In this document: positions 1 to 10,392 of the stretch, piece by piece
Layout of the letters: each line of letters opens with the position of its first letter
How positions within the stretch are numbered: the first letter of the stretch is position 1
Assembly: GCA_902570035.1 (NCBI GenBank)
Contig: CACFWO010000006.1
Location: 33,056-97,055, forward strand
Length of the DNA stretch: 64,000 nt
Source: an uncultured SAR86 cluster bacterium
GTDB lineage: Bacteria; Pseudomonadota; Gammaproteobacteria; Magnimaribacterales; AG-339-G14
Reading direction: 5' to 3'
Notes under the pieces: model-generated
Databases searched by the model: none
The model's input: only the letters and a program-made list of their open reading frames with translations
What the model was told of the DNA's origin: nothing
Made by a program: the position numbers and the translations under genes

Positions 1-874
1 TAAACATATTATCCTCTAGTCTGTGAAGAAATGACTTTTTAACCAAGAAATTTTGACTGAGGAACTCTTTGAATGTCTGAAGAGCGTCAAAAGATGTATT
101 TCCCTCAACGGTAATGAGAATCTTTTTATTCTTTGATCCTGATTTCACTCTGTAAGGATCCGATATATTGTCAAAAAGACCTTGGATTGCATCGAAAGGA
201 AGAAAGCTGTTATAAGGATTTAAATTAGAAAAAACATTATTTGGTTCCTCGGGCAAGTAACAAAGAAATCCTTTTTCTCTATAACAATACATCCATCCAT
301 CGGGAGAATATTTCTCATTATTGAAATAAATATTTTCAAAGCTTTCCATATTTTTCCCTTCATAGAAGGTGATTTCTGTTGAGTCTAGAATTGGATATAT
401 AGCTCTCACTCCCCTTTTTATGGCTTCAGAAGAAATGAAGTTTTTTAAATTGTTACATTCATCTAAGGCCATTTGATATGTTTTTGATTTTAATTCGCTT
501 GATAAATTACAATTTACCCAAACGACTGCTTTTAATTTTTTTTCTGTAAATAAAGAAAAATTTAAATTAAATAATTTTGATCTCAGTTCTACAGCATCGA
601 TTTTAATTTCAATAAAATTTTTATTTTGCTCTTGTAAGAACTTGTATTCCCTGACGTAAGAATTCAAGTCAAGATCCATAATTTTTTTTGAATTCCTTGT
701 GTCCTTAAAATTTCCAGTTGCTCTAACAATTGCTTCTAGAACTGCTTGATCTAAGTAAAAAGAAATATCGTTTCCAGTATCTTCAATTTTTACTGTATAA
801 ACCTCAGGAAGATCAGATTGACTGGCTAAAAAAATAGCTTGGGAAAAAAGAAAAATTAAGAATACCTTCCTCAT
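1..874 (-). CDS. DUF2066-like exported protein (3' end runs off the window)
   Basis: Not in the ORF track. Hand translation from ATG at 874 gives MRKVFLIFLFSQAIFLASQSDLPEVYTVKI...LDQAVLEAIVRATGN, a signal peptide plus a DUF2066-like N-terminus. Lies divergent to purM, as is usual in Gammaproteobacteria. Only the first part of the frame was checked by hand. Confidence 0.6.
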   Translation of the reverse strand, partial: MRKVFLIFLFSQAIFLASQSDLPEVYTVKIEDTGNDISFYLDQAVLEAIVRATGNFKDTRNSKKIMDLDLNSYVREYKFLQEQNKNFIEIKIDAVELRSKLFNLNFSLFTEKKLKAVVWVNCNLSSELKSKTYQMALDECNNLKNFISSEAIKRGVRAIYPILDSTEITFYEGKNMESFENIYFNNEKYSPDGWMYCYREKGFLCYLPEEPNNVFSNLNPYNSFLPFDAIQGLFDNISDPYRVKSGSKNKKILITVEGNTSFDALQTFKEFLSQNFLVKKSFLHRLEDNMF

Positions 875-1965
875 TGCTAAATCATTATAATGATTATTTC
901 AAAAAAAAATTCATTGAAATATTGAGCAAGCAGAAGAAGATAACCTATAAATCGTCTGGCGTTGATGTCAACTTAGGTTACAAGCTTGTCGACATTATTA
1001 AACCTTTTGCAAAAAAGACGCTTAGAAAAGAAATAGATTCAAACATAGGTTCATTTGCTGCTCTTGCTTCTATACCAAAAAATTATAAAAATCCTAAACT
1101 TGTTGCCTGCACTGATGGGGTTGGCACAAAAATTTCAATAGCAGAAAAACTTAATGATCACAGCACAGTTGGTGAAGATCTTGTTGCCATGTGCGTGAAT
1201 GATTTGATAACTGTAGGTGCTGAACCTCTTTTCTTTTTAGATTATCTTGTGACAGATAAAATTAATTTAAGAAAAAATAAACAAATCTTTAAAGGTATAT
1301 CACAAGGCTGTCTGGCAGCTGGATGCTCTCTTATCGGCGGGGAAACAGCTGAACATCCAGATGAATTTCCAAAAGGAAAATATGATTTGGCAGGTTTTTC
1401 AGTTGGAGTAGCAGAGAAAAATAAAATACTAAAAATTAGCAATGTAAAAAATAATGATCTTATTTACGGCCTCTCATCTACTGGGTTACATTCAAATGGA
1501 TTCTCATTAATAAGAAAGCTTATACAAGCGAAAAAGATAAATTTGAAAGCTCGAATGGGGAAAACAACTTTAGGCAAAGTACTTCTTAAACCAACGAAAA
1601 TTTATGTAAAAGTTATCCGTGAATTATCCAAATCTATTCCCCTGAAACAAATTTGTCATATTACCGGGGGCGGCATCGTAGAAAATTTACCAAGAGTCAT
1701 TCCAAATGGTAAATGTGCTCAAATAGATTTTTCAAGGGGATACCCTTTTCATAAAGATCTTTTTGATCTAATTTCCTCAAAAGCTGACCTAACAATTAAG
1801 GAAATGACTGAGGTCTTTAATTGTGGGGTTGGGTTGATAGTAATTATTCATCCCGCTGACAAAGCTAATTTAGAACAAAAACTGAAAAAAATAAGACAGC
1901 CGTTTATCAGACTAGGAAAAGTAGTAAACGATAAATCAAAGAAATTAGAGATACAATTTGGGTGA
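874..1965 (+). CDS. purM: Phosphoribosylformylglycinamidine cyclo-ligase (AIR synthase)
   Basis: Motifs TYKSSGVDV, TDGVGTK, DLVAMCVND, LIGGETAEHP, GLHSNGFSL, HITGGG, FNCGVG. True start is probably the TTG near 922. Confidence 0.97.
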   Translation: MLNHYNDYFKKKFIEILSKQKKITYKSSGVDVNLGYKLVDIIKPFAKKTLRKEIDSNIGSFAALASIPKNYKNPKLVACTDGVGTKISIAEKLNDHSTVGEDLVAMCVNDLITVGAEPLFFLDYLVTDKINLRKNKQIFKGISQGCLAAGCSLIGGETAEHPDEFPKGKYDLAGFSVGVAEKNKILKISNVKNNDLIYGLSSTGLHSNGFSLIRKLIQAKKINLKARMGKTTLGKVLLKPTKIYVKVIRELSKSIPLKQICHITGGGIVENLPRVIPNGKCAQIDFSRGYPFHKDLFDLISSKADLTIKEMTEVFNCGVGLIVIIHPADKANLEQKLKKIRQPFIRLGKVVNDKSKKLEIQFG

Positions 1966-2596
1966 TATCAAAAAACTCGCTGTATTAGTATCTGGAAACG
2001 GAAGTAATCTTCAATCAATCATTGATTCGATAAATATTGGTGAAATTAATGCAAACATTTCACTTGTTATATCTAATATTGAAACTGCTTATGCATTAAC
2101 AAGAGCTAAAAGGGAAAATTTGAATAGTGCCTTCCTGAATCATAAAAATTTTTCATCAAGAGAGAGTTTTGATCAAGCGCTGAGCGAACTACTGATTAAG
2201 CATGAAGTAGATTTAATTGTTTTAGCAGGTTTCATGCGGATACTGTCTAATAGTTTTATAGAAAAATTTAATAAAAAAATTATAAATATCCATCCTTCTC
2301 TTCTGCCTAAATATCCTGGTCTCAAAACTCATGAAAAGGTAATGAATAATAATGATAAGTATCACGGAGTGACAATTCATCTTGTAGACGAAGGCTTGGA
2401 TAGCGGTCCAATAATTGCTCAAGCTAGATTTAAAGCTACCAAATATAAAGATATTGAGAGTTTGATTACTAAAGTTCACTCATTAGAACATAAACTTTAC
2501 CCATTGATTATCAAGATGATAGTTGAAAGAGAAATTAACCTTAATGAGCTTAATGGAAAAGATTTTAAATGTTACGAGGATGAATTTGATTTATAA
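1958..2596 (+). CDS. purN: Phosphoribosylglycinamide formyltransferase
   Basis: Motifs LVSGNGSNLQ, LAGFMRIL, INIHPSLLP, LDSGPII; follows purM. Confidence 0.97.
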   Translation: MGDIKKLAVLVSGNGSNLQSIIDSINIGEINANISLVISNIETAYALTRAKRENLNSAFLNHKNFSSRESFDQALSELLIKHEVDLIVLAGFMRILSNSFIEKFNKKIINIHPSLLPKYPGLKTHEKVMNNNDKYHGVTIHLVDEGLDSGPIIAQARFKATKYKDIESLITKVHSLEHKLYPLIIKMIVEREINLNELNGKDFKCYEDEFDL

Positions 2597-3197
2597 AATC
2601 AGCTTAACCTTTCTTTTTGTGATAGCTAGCAACCTTTTTTCTATTAATGAAGAAAGCTATAAATTTAAATATAAGGAGTCAGAGTTTAAAGTAAATATCA
2701 CCAATCTGAACGATGATTGGAATATCACTTATGAAATCTCTCATCCTTTCTTTAAGTTAAGTCAAGATACTCAATTTAGTTATACAAATTTAATTCAGGT
2801 ATCTGAGATAAAAAGAAAATTAATCGTTATGGGAGGATTAAGGAAGATAGAGGAAAGTTACAAGATAGATCATGTAACAAAAAAAATTGAGTACATAAAA
2901 GGTCAGCTAACCGAAATTCTTCAATATGATGGAGCTATTTACGATGATTTGACTGCACATCTTTACTTAAGATTGTTAAATATTCAGACTGATGAAGAAA
3001 TTACACTTAATGTATTGGAGAGAGGAAAAATAAGACAAAAAAAGTTTGTAAAAACAATTTCTAGTCCTGACACTATTAAAATCAAGGAAAAAAAAGAAAA
3101 GGATAAATTCGAACTTTTTTTTAAGGATAACTCAAAAGAAATATTAAAAGTTATTCAGAATGTTAATGGTAGAGAGTTTATATGGGAGAGTCTTTAA
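2580..3197 (+). CDS. Exported hypothetical protein (DUF3108-like by position)
   Basis: ATG at 2580 starts a signal-peptide-like segment ([21 protein letters not shown]). Sits after purN, where DUF3108 genes are typical. The family call is positional only. Confidence 0.5.
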   Translation: MNLIYKISLTFLFVIASNLFSINEESYKFKYKESEFKVNITNLNDDWNITYEISHPFFKLSQDTQFSYTNLIQVSEIKRKLIVMGGLRKIEESYKIDHVTKKIEYIKGQLTEILQYDGAIYDDLTAHLYLRLLNIQTDEEITLNVLERGKIRQKKFVKTISSPDTIKIKEKKEKDKFELFFKDNSKEILKVIQNVNGREFIWESL

Positions 3198-3763
3198 ACT
3201 TTGGGAGGAGTAACGCCCAATTGACCTTGATATTTGCCTTTCCTATCCGCATAACTTGTTTCGCATAATTCATCTGATTCAAAAAATAGCATTTGTGCTA
3301 CGCCTTCGTTTGCATAGATTTTTGCTGGCAAACTTGTTGTATTTGAAAATTCAAGAGTTACATGACCTTCCCATTCAGGTTCGAGGGGAGTTACGTTTAC
3401 AATTATGCCGCATCTTGCATATGTAGATTTTCCTAGACAAATTGTCAGCACGTTCCTAGGAATTTTAAAATATTCCACAGTCCTTGCTAGAGCAAAGGAA
3501 TTTGGAGGAATTACACACACCTCGGATTTAATATCAATGAAGCTGTCTTCATCAAAATTTTTTGGGTCCACCGTAGCAGAATTTATATTTGTAAAAATCT
3601 TAAATTCATCAGCACATCTCACATCATAACCATAGCTTGATAGTCCGTATGAAACTGCACTACCAGCCTCTTCTGTATGTTTAACTTGTTTATCAATGAA
3701 GGGGTCTATTAGACGACTCTTTAGAGCCATTCTCTTTATCCATTTATCTGATTTTATAGTCAT
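3194..3763 (-). CDS. dcd: dCTP deaminase
   Basis: Motifs [46 protein letters not shown]. Confidence 0.97.
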   Translation of the reverse strand: MTIKSDKWIKRMALKSRLIDPFIDKQVKHTEEAGSAVSYGLSSYGYDVRCADEFKIFTNINSATVDPKNFDEDSFIDIKSEVCVIPPNSFALARTVEYFKIPRNVLTICLGKSTYARCGIIVNVTPLEPEWEGHVTLEFSNTTSLPAKIYANEGVAQMLFFESDELCETSYADRKGKYQGQLGVTPPKV

Positions 3764-3788
3764 AAAAATAAGCTGTTATTATATATTA

Positions 3789-5087
3789 ATGATTACTTTC
3801 AAAAGGTATTTAAATCGCAACGTTTACTATTTATTTTTAATAATTTATGTGGTTTCACTGCCTTTAAAATCAAATGAAGATTTTTATGAAATTTATAAAT
3901 ATCTCCATCAAAATCCTGAATTATCTCTCCAAGAATTTGAGACGACTAAATACCTCGAAGATTTATTAGAAGATTACGGATATGAGATCATCACTAATAT
4001 CGGAGGAAATGGTTTTGCAGCTATCCTTAAAAATGGAGGAAATAAGACAGTCTTATTTCGAGCAGACATGGATGCTCTTCCAATAAAAGAAGAGACAGGA
4101 ATTTCTTTCGAGAGTGTCAAAACTACTAAACAGAATGGAATGAACGTGCCAATAATGCATGCTTGTGGTCATGATATTCACATGACATCTTTAATTGGAA
4201 CTGCAGAATACTTTTCAAAAAATAAAGATTCATGGAAAGGAACTATTGTTTTTATTTTGCAGCCTGCTGAAGAAATTGGTTTTGGTGCACGACAAATGAT
4301 AAACGCAGGATTGTTTAAACAAATACCTTATCCAGATATAAATTTAGCCCTTCATGTTTCAGCTCAAACTCAATCTGGGACGGTCCACATAACTCCAGGC
4401 TTCGCAATGGCGAATGTTGATTCAGTCGATGTTACTTTTTATGGAGAAGGCGGGCACGGAGCTTATCCTCATCTAACTAAAGATCCCATCGTAATGAGCT
4501 CTCAATTTATCACGAGCGTTCAAACAATCATTAGCAGAAATTTAAGCCCCATTAATGCAGGAGTTGTGACTGTTGGTTCTATTCATGGAGGAACCAAACA
4601 TAACATAATCCCAAATCATGTTGATCTTCAGATCACTGTAAGATCTTATAGTGACGAGGACAGAGAGCTTATAATCTCTAGAATTAAAAAAATCGCTGAA
4701 TCCATTGCAATTCAAAATGATTTACCAAAAAATCTCTATCCAATCGTTAAGCTCAGAGACGAGTACACTCCTGCCGTATTTAATAATCCTGACTTAGCTA
4801 TGCGCGCTAAAGAAATTCTTACAAAAGAGTTAGGAAAGGATAAGGTGTTTGATGGTCCTCAAGTCATGGGTGGAGAAGACTTTGGCCAATTTGGAAGAGT
4901 AGAGCCAAAAATACCTTCCCTGCTGTTTTGGATTGGCGCTGTATCAGAGAAGGATTACAAAGAATTTCTGAATAATTCAAAAAAATTACCATCCCTTCAT
5001 TCGAGTAAGTTTTTACCCGACTATGAAAAAACAATTGATACTGGTATTTCAAGTTCAATTGCCTTAATAAAAGCCCACCTAAAGTAA
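3789..5087 (+). CDS. M20D family amidohydrolase, probably exported
   Basis: Motifs HQNPELS, RADMDALP, MHACGHD, QPAEE, GGHGA, MGGEDF, SLHS; hydrophobic N-terminus. Start taken as ATG 3789 because the ORF-track start overlaps dcd. Confidence 0.9.
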   Translation: MITFKRYLNRNVYYLFLIIYVVSLPLKSNEDFYEIYKYLHQNPELSLQEFETTKYLEDLLEDYGYEIITNIGGNGFAAILKNGGNKTVLFRADMDALPIKEETGISFESVKTTKQNGMNVPIMHACGHDIHMTSLIGTAEYFSKNKDSWKGTIVFILQPAEEIGFGARQMINAGLFKQIPYPDINLALHVSAQTQSGTVHITPGFAMANVDSVDVTFYGEGGHGAYPHLTKDPIVMSSQFITSVQTIISRNLSPINAGVVTVGSIHGGTKHNIIPNHVDLQITVRSYSDEDRELIISRIKKIAESIAIQNDLPKNLYPIVKLRDEYTPAVFNNPDLAMRAKEILTKELGKDKVFDGPQVMGGEDFGQFGRVEPKIPSLLFWIGAVSEKDYKEFLNNSKKLPSLHSSKFLPDYEKTIDTGISSSIALIKAHLK

Positions 5088-5678
5088 TTTTTGCCTGCTA
5101 TCAAAAGCATGCCTGAGGGTATTAGAGTCCACATAGTTCAAATCTCCTCCTAGAGGCACGCCTTGAGCAAGTTTAGTAATGTTTAAAGAATTTGATGAAC
5201 ATTTCTCAAGTATGTATTGAGCTGTTGCCTCACCTTCTAAGGAAGAATTAAAAGCTAAAATAAGTTCTTTAATTTCACCGCTTAGAGCTTTTGAATTCAG
5301 CTCAGATAGACCTACTTCGTTTGGACCCCTGCCTTCAATTGGAGAAAGATATCCGCCTAATACAAAATAGATTCCATTAAATCCGCCCAGTTCTTCAATT
5401 TGAACAACTTGAGAGGTATTTTCTACAACACATACTTGTGTGTTATCTCTGCTTGAATCATTACAAATTGAACATATCTGATCTTCTGATAAAACCCTGC
5501 AGTTTTCACATGTGCCGATTAAATCTATTGCTCTGGATAGATTATTAGCAAGATTTTTAGCATCGGCTTCATCACCTCCTAATAAACTCATAGCCATTCG
5601 TTTTGCGGTTTTTGGTCCAACACCAGGCAGAACTTGCAAAGATTTAATCAAATCTGAGAGTAATGGACTAAATTTCAT
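5079..5678 (-). CDS. recR: Recombination mediator RecR
   Basis: HhH motif LPGVGPKTAKR, C4 zinc finger CENC...CSIC, Toprim domain (ICVVE-like, EGEATA). Confidence 0.96.
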   Translation of the reverse strand: MKFSPLLSDLIKSLQVLPGVGPKTAKRMAMSLLGGDEADAKNLANNLSRAIDLIGTCENCRVLSEDQICSICNDSSRDNTQVCVVENTSQVVQIEELGGFNGIYFVLGGYLSPIEGRGPNEVGLSELNSKALSGEIKELILAFNSSLEGEATAQYILEKCSSNSLNITKLAQGVPLGGDLNYVDSNTLRHAFDSRQKLL

Positions 5679-7139
5679 CTATATCTTTGAAACTTTTTTA
5701 ATTTTTCCATCAAATTTTTCAAGCATTTCGTTCAGCGAAGGGTCTTTTTTAAGGTCATCTTCTGCTTGCTTTGATTCTTTGTGAGACCTTATCTTCTCAA
5801 ATTCAAAAGGAGTTTCTGTTAAATCAGATGGTTTGAAGCTAACTTTCAGTTTCTTTTTAAGCAGAATTGATAAAGCATCCTCAACTTCTTTTATCTGATT
5901 TTCAGTAATTATGTTTAACCTCTCTTGACTGATACCAAAGTGTATCTCCAAATCATGATACTCAATCATCGATGCATGAGACATAAATTGAGCAGTTAAT
6001 CTAGTCAAATCGAGATTTGAGAATTCTTCAGGCCAGCTAAAATCAGTCTCGTCTTTGTTTGTTTTTAAAGCTTTTTTTTTTGAGCTTCCTGGAAGGAAAG
6101 CAATCATTTTCAAAAAAGTCATCGTGAGTAGACTTTCTGGTTTGGGTGATAACTTAAAATACTCTAAATTTGAGATGCCAAGATCATAAATCAATTGAAG
6201 GTTCTCGGGTTCAATAGATAAATCAGATAGATCTGCTTTTTCGTCAAATTGAGACATTGCAACTTCTTGAATAAGTGATAAAAGATCAATCAATATTTGT
6301 TCGGGATCGTAAAAATTTATCTTAATCTCCTCGATATTTTCAATAAGTTTTTTTGAATCTCTAACTATTATTGATTTAAGAATGGATTGAACAAGCTCTG
6401 ATGAAGGCAAACCCATTAATTCTTCAACTTTTTTTTCTGTAATTTTTCCCTCAGAGAATGTGATGACTTTTTCAGAAAGAGTTAATGCATCTCTCATACT
6501 TCCCCTAGCGAGACTGGAGAGTTTTATCAATGAATTTTCATCATATTTTATTCTCTCTTCATCAAAAATTAATTTGAGTTGATTCTTGATATTGTCTCCT
6601 TTCATAGCAGAAAGATTAAATTGAACACATCTTGAAAGAATAGTAGGCGGAACTTTATCTATTTCTGTGGTAGCAAAAAGAAAAACTACATGCTCAGGAG
6701 GCTCCTCTAATGTTTTTAAAAGTGAATTAAAACTTTCCTTAGAAAGCATATGTATTTCATCAAGCAAGTAAATTTTAAAAGGGGAAGATGTTGGTAAGTA
6801 AGGAACAGAATCCAATAATTCTTTAGTTTCTTCGACTCCTCTTCTAGATGCTGCATCAACTTCTTGAAAATCTATAGCACTGCCATTTTCAATGGATAAG
6901 CATGAATCGCATTTCCTGCATGGCTCAGACTTCTTTTTTGAATTAGAGCAATTTATAGCTTTTGCCAGAATTCTTGCAAGAGATGTTTTGCCAGTTCCTC
7001 TAGTTCCGGAAAATATAAAAGCATGAGGAAGTTTTTCTAAATCTAATGCCCCTTTCAAGGCTTTCACTACGTAATCTTGACCTACTACCTCATCAAAAGT
7101 GTTGGGACGCCATTTTCTTGCAAGAACCTGATAGGTCAT
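5679..7139 (-). CDS. dnaX: DNA polymerase III subunits gamma/tau
   Basis: YQVLARKWRP, Walker A GTRGTGKT, DEIHML, LLKTLEEPP, SRC, GSMRDAL. Confidence 0.97.
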   Translation of the reverse strand: MTYQVLARKWRPNTFDEVVGQDYVVKALKGALDLEKLPHAFIFSGTRGTGKTSLARILAKAINCSNSKKKSEPCRKCDSCLSIENGSAIDFQEVDAASRRGVEETKELLDSVPYLPTSSPFKIYLLDEIHMLSKESFNSLLKTLEEPPEHVVFLFATTEIDKVPPTILSRCVQFNLSAMKGDNIKNQLKLIFDEERIKYDENSLIKLSSLARGSMRDALTLSEKVITFSEGKITEKKVEELMGLPSSELVQSILKSIIVRDSKKLIENIEEIKINFYDPEQILIDLLSLIQEVAMSQFDEKADLSDLSIEPENLQLIYDLGISNLEYFKLSPKPESLLTMTFLKMIAFLPGSSKKKALKTNKDETDFSWPEEFSNLDLTRLTAQFMSHASMIEYHDLEIHFGISQERLNIITENQIKEVEDALSILLKKKLKVSFKPSDLTETPFEFEKIRSHKESKQAEDDLKKDPSLNEMLEKFDGKIKKVSKI

Positions 7140-7594
7140 TAATAACCTATCACTTGTCTGTAAGAAAGATCAAAATCAAAACCTCTTCTCTGCAAAAAGT
7201 TTATTGCCTTTGCCTTTGTTTTTTCTTCTTCAAAGTTATATTTTGTCTTGGGAAATTTTTTAAGAAGCAGGTCGTTAATTTCTTTTTCCCAGTTAATTTC
7301 AAGTTCAGAAAATTTTTTATCTAGAAAATTATTTGAAATTCCTTTTTGAGCTAGCTCCATTTTAATTTTTATGGGCCCATAACCAGCTTGAGTTTTACTT
7401 CTAATGTATGCCTCTGAAAACCTTTCATCTGATTGGAGTCCTTCGTTGGATAATCTATCAATTTCTTGATTAAGTAGTTCCAAATCATTAACTCTTTTGA
7501 AAAGCTTATTAAAAAGTTCTTTTTTTGAATGCTCTCTTCGAGATAAAAAATCCATTAATTTTTTTCTAATTAAATTGTCTTCAATATTATTCAA
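7139..7594 (-). CDS. recX: Regulatory protein RecX
   Basis: Motifs LSRREHS, LQSDERF, GYGPIKIKMELAQKG, FLQRRGF. Confidence 0.9.
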   Translation of the reverse strand: MNNIEDNLIRKKLMDFLSRREHSKKELFNKLFKRVNDLELLNQEIDRLSNEGLQSDERFSEAYIRSKTQAGYGPIKIKMELAQKGISNNFLDKKFSELEINWEKEINDLLLKKFPKTKYNFEEEKTKAKAINFLQRRGFDFDLSYRQVIGY

Positions 7595-8910
7595 TTTCTA
7601 GAGGAGTATGTAAGCCTATCAAGATCTACTCTTAAATCTACTGGATGGCCGAGAACTTGTGTCATGTGAACTAAAACAATATCTTCTACTGGGTCGGCCC
7701 AAAAAATTGTAGAAGCAGCTCCGCCCCAGCTTAAACTTCCTTCAGATTGATAAAATTGACTAAAAGCAGGGTTGGTTATTTTTGCCATACATATAGCCTG
7801 ACCCATTCCAAGACTAACAACACCCAATAAACCAAAATTTTCCATATAGCTTTTCGATAACATTGTAAAAGCTTCCTCGCTCAGAATAGTCGTTTCTCCA
7901 AAAGAACCTCTATCATTTAGCATCTGGCCGAATTTTATATAATCTTCTGCTGTTGAGATAAGACCGGAACCACCATCTTCAACTTTGTTCATTTTCAAAT
8001 AAGGACTTTCTTCGTATGAGTCCATTAAGATTAAATCGTCAGGAAAAATTTCATCGTTGAATTCTCTTTGAATATCACCAACACTGGCGCCCTTGTGTGT
8101 GTACATACTCGTGAATCTGTTAATTTCTGATTCAGGCACAGCAAATGAAGTATCTTTCATGCCTAAAGGATCAAATATGTTCTCTTTCATAAAGTTTCCA
8201 AAAGTCATGCCTGATACTTTTTCTATGATGCATCCAAGCAAATCCATACCAACACCATAAGTCCATTTTTCTCCGGGTTGATGGACTAAAGGAGCTGAAG
8301 CAAGTTCTTGTGCAAATTCACATATATTTGAAAATGGTTTTCCTGCTGGAATTGAAAAATCTGTTTGATCAGCAGTCACTTCAAGATCTAAATAATAGTA
8401 AGGATGCAGATTCTTTTCTTCGTAGATATCATTGGCAATAGTTTCAGTAGGAAGCCATGCATAAATTAGCCCTGAAGTATGAGTGGCTGCATCCAAGACT
8501 GTGACTGGCCTATCAAGATCAAAAAAGTCACCAGTCTCGTTTACTACTTTTGTATTTTTAAACTCAGGAATAAATTTAGAAATGGGATCGTTTAATTTAA
8601 TAAGGCCTCGATCAACCAAAATCATCAAAGCTACACCTGTGATTGGTTTAGACATCGAATAAATTCTGAATAAAGCATCTTCCTGCATGGGAATTTTTTT
8701 ATCGATGTCTTTGTATCCATTTACAACTTTTAATATAGGTTTTCCATCTTTAGTGATGATTGTCACAAACCCAGGAAATTGTTTCTCCTCTACAAGATCA
8801 TCCAACATCGATGTGATCCTTTGCAAACGCTCCTCACTGAAACTTGAGGCGGATAAAAAATTAATAGAAAAGATTAAGAAAAGAAAAATGTATAGTTGCT
8901 GAAAATTCAT
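7591..8910 (-). CDS. Serine hydrolase, beta-lactamase class C/esterase family, exported
   Basis: FRIYSMSK (SxxK), THTSGL, PLVHQPGEKWTY, GGSGLIST, WGGAASTIFWADP. Signal peptide follows ATG 8910. Confidence 0.88.
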   Translation of the reverse strand: MNFQQLYIFLFLIFSINFLSASSFSEERLQRITSMLDDLVEEKQFPGFVTIITKDGKPILKVVNGYKDIDKKIPMQEDALFRIYSMSKPITGVALMILVDRGLIKLNDPISKFIPEFKNTKVVNETGDFFDLDRPVTVLDAATHTSGLIYAWLPTETIANDIYEEKNLHPYYYLDLEVTADQTDFSIPAGKPFSNICEFAQELASAPLVHQPGEKWTYGVGMDLLGCIIEKVSGMTFGNFMKENIFDPLGMKDTSFAVPESEINRFTSMYTHKGASVGDIQREFNDEIFPDDLILMDSYEESPYLKMNKVEDGGSGLISTAEDYIKFGQMLNDRGSFGETTILSEEAFTMLSKSYMENFGLLGVVSLGMGQAICMAKITNPAFSQFYQSEGSLSWGGAASTIFWADPVEDIVLVHMTQVLGHPVDLRVDLDRLTYSSRN

Positions 8911-8914
8911 AAAA

Positions 8915-9562
8915 TTACCAATTATTAAAAAGATTAAATGTTTCGTATGAATAATATTCTTTAAAATTATCCAGTTCAAATAAATTACAGATTGAATATA
9001 GTTCAAATTTTTCATCGATATAATCATAAGAATGATTTTCTTTTAATTCTGTTTTAAGCAGAAAGTCATACTCATCGGAAGTAATTTTAGGTTTAAGCAA
9101 ACTTATGTCAGTTCTTGTTAAAGGTATTGAAGTATATTTACAGAAAATAAAATATGTAAAAAAAGGATTGGTTAATTTACTTTGGTCTCTTTCTTTCTCA
9201 GAACCATATTCAAGATATTCAAAACAATCAAAAGTATTAGATCCTTCAAAAATAAAAAGATCATGTAAATTGAAATCAATGTCAGTTTTGTCATTAGCCT
9301 CAATAGTTGATTCAATTAAAAAATCATAACTTCCTACATCAAACTCAGGCTTAAGATAATTTATGGTAATTTTTTGCTTATTTTTTCTTTGATTAAAAAT
9401 CAGTTCGAAATCTTTTATAAATTTAAATAAATCCAATGTATCCATTTCATCATTTAAATTGCACCATGAATATTTGTAATGAGATGAATCAATATCTAAA
9501 TTGTTTTTGTAAGAACAGGAATACCCAAAAATAAAAAAGAAGATAATTAAATACTTTTTCAT
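8915..9562 (-). CDS. Hypothetical protein, possible lipoprotein
   Basis: MKKYLIIFFFIFGYSC is lipobox-like. ATGA-type coupling to nadC. Very AT-rich; no family recognised. Confidence 0.55.
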   Translation of the reverse strand: MKKYLIIFFFIFGYSCSYKNNLDIDSSHYKYSWCNLNDEMDTLDLFKFIKDFELIFNQRKNKQKITINYLKPEFDVGSYDFLIESTIEANDKTDIDFNLHDLFIFEGSNTFDCFEYLEYGSEKERDQSKLTNPFFTYFIFCKYTSIPLTRTDISLLKPKITSDEYDFLLKTELKENHSYDYIDEKFELYSICNLFELDNFKEYYSYETFNLFNNW

Positions 9563-10392
9563 AGTTTCTTAAGTAACAAAGAAAAATCAATAGATTTGAT
9601 GTTTTTAGTTAATTCTCCAAGTGAAATAAAGTGAATATTTAATTTAGATACTTCTTTGAACTGTTGCATGTCCAAAATGCCAGATACCTCTATCTTTGAT
9701 TTATTTCCAACTATATCTATACCCTTTTTTATGTCTTCAATTGAAAAGTTATCAAACATAATAACATCTGGAGAGTGATTTAAAGCTGGCTCGATCTTAT
9801 TCAGCGTATCAACTTCGATTTCCAAAAATTTACCTCTATCGATGTCATCCAGCACTAAATCATCCAGGCTATTAAACATTGATATGTGATTTTCTTTAAT
9901 CATTACTGCATCATATAATCCAAACCTATGGTTGCGAGCTCCTCCTATTCTGGTTGCATATTTCTGAGAATATCGAAGACCAGGTATTGTTTTTCTTGTG
10001 TCTAATAAATCAATCTTTTTATTTTTCAGAAGATTAACTTTTTTTTGAGTGTTGGTTGAAATTCCAGACAAAAATTGAACAAAATTGATTGCAGTCCTTT
10101 CTGATTTTAGAATTGAATTTATATTCCCTTTAATTTCAACAATTTCGTCGCCATTCTTAAAAAAATCACCGTCGTTGAATTTCCACTTAAATTCAATTTT
10201 TTTATCTATTTGCATAAAAGACTCTTCAAACCAGTCTCGACCACAAAAGAGACCATCATCTTTTGCTTTCAGGAAAGCTTTAACTATTTGATCTCTAATA
10301 ATTCCATCAGAAAGATCTTTATCTCCTAAGTCTTCTGAAAGAGCAAGTTGAACATCGCTTTTATAAATCTTTTTGTGATTAAACAAAATCAA
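9559..10392 (-). CDS. nadC: Quinolinate phosphoribosyltransferase
   Basis: Motifs ERTAINF, LLDTRKTIPG, NHRFGLYD, IKENHI, EIEVD, IMFDN. Confidence 0.95.
   Translation of the reverse strand: MILFNHKKIYKSDVQLALSEDLGDKDLSDGIIRDQIVKAFLKAKDDGLFCGRDWFEESFMQIDKKIEFKWKFNDGDFFKNGDEIVEIKGNINSILKSERTAINFVQFLSGISTNTQKKVNLLKNKKIDLLDTRKTIPGLRYSQKYATRIGGARNHRFGLYDAVMIKENHISMFNSLDDLVLDDIDRGKFLEIEVDTLNKIEPALNHSPDVIMFDNFSIEDIKKGIDIVGNKSKIEVSGILDMQQFKEVSKLNIHFISLGELTKNIKSIDFSLLLKKL

Noticed and set aside
8911-9027. Longer 478-aa start for the serine hydrolase
   Set aside because: It overlaps the upstream gene by more than 100 bp; the signal peptide begins at ATG 8910.
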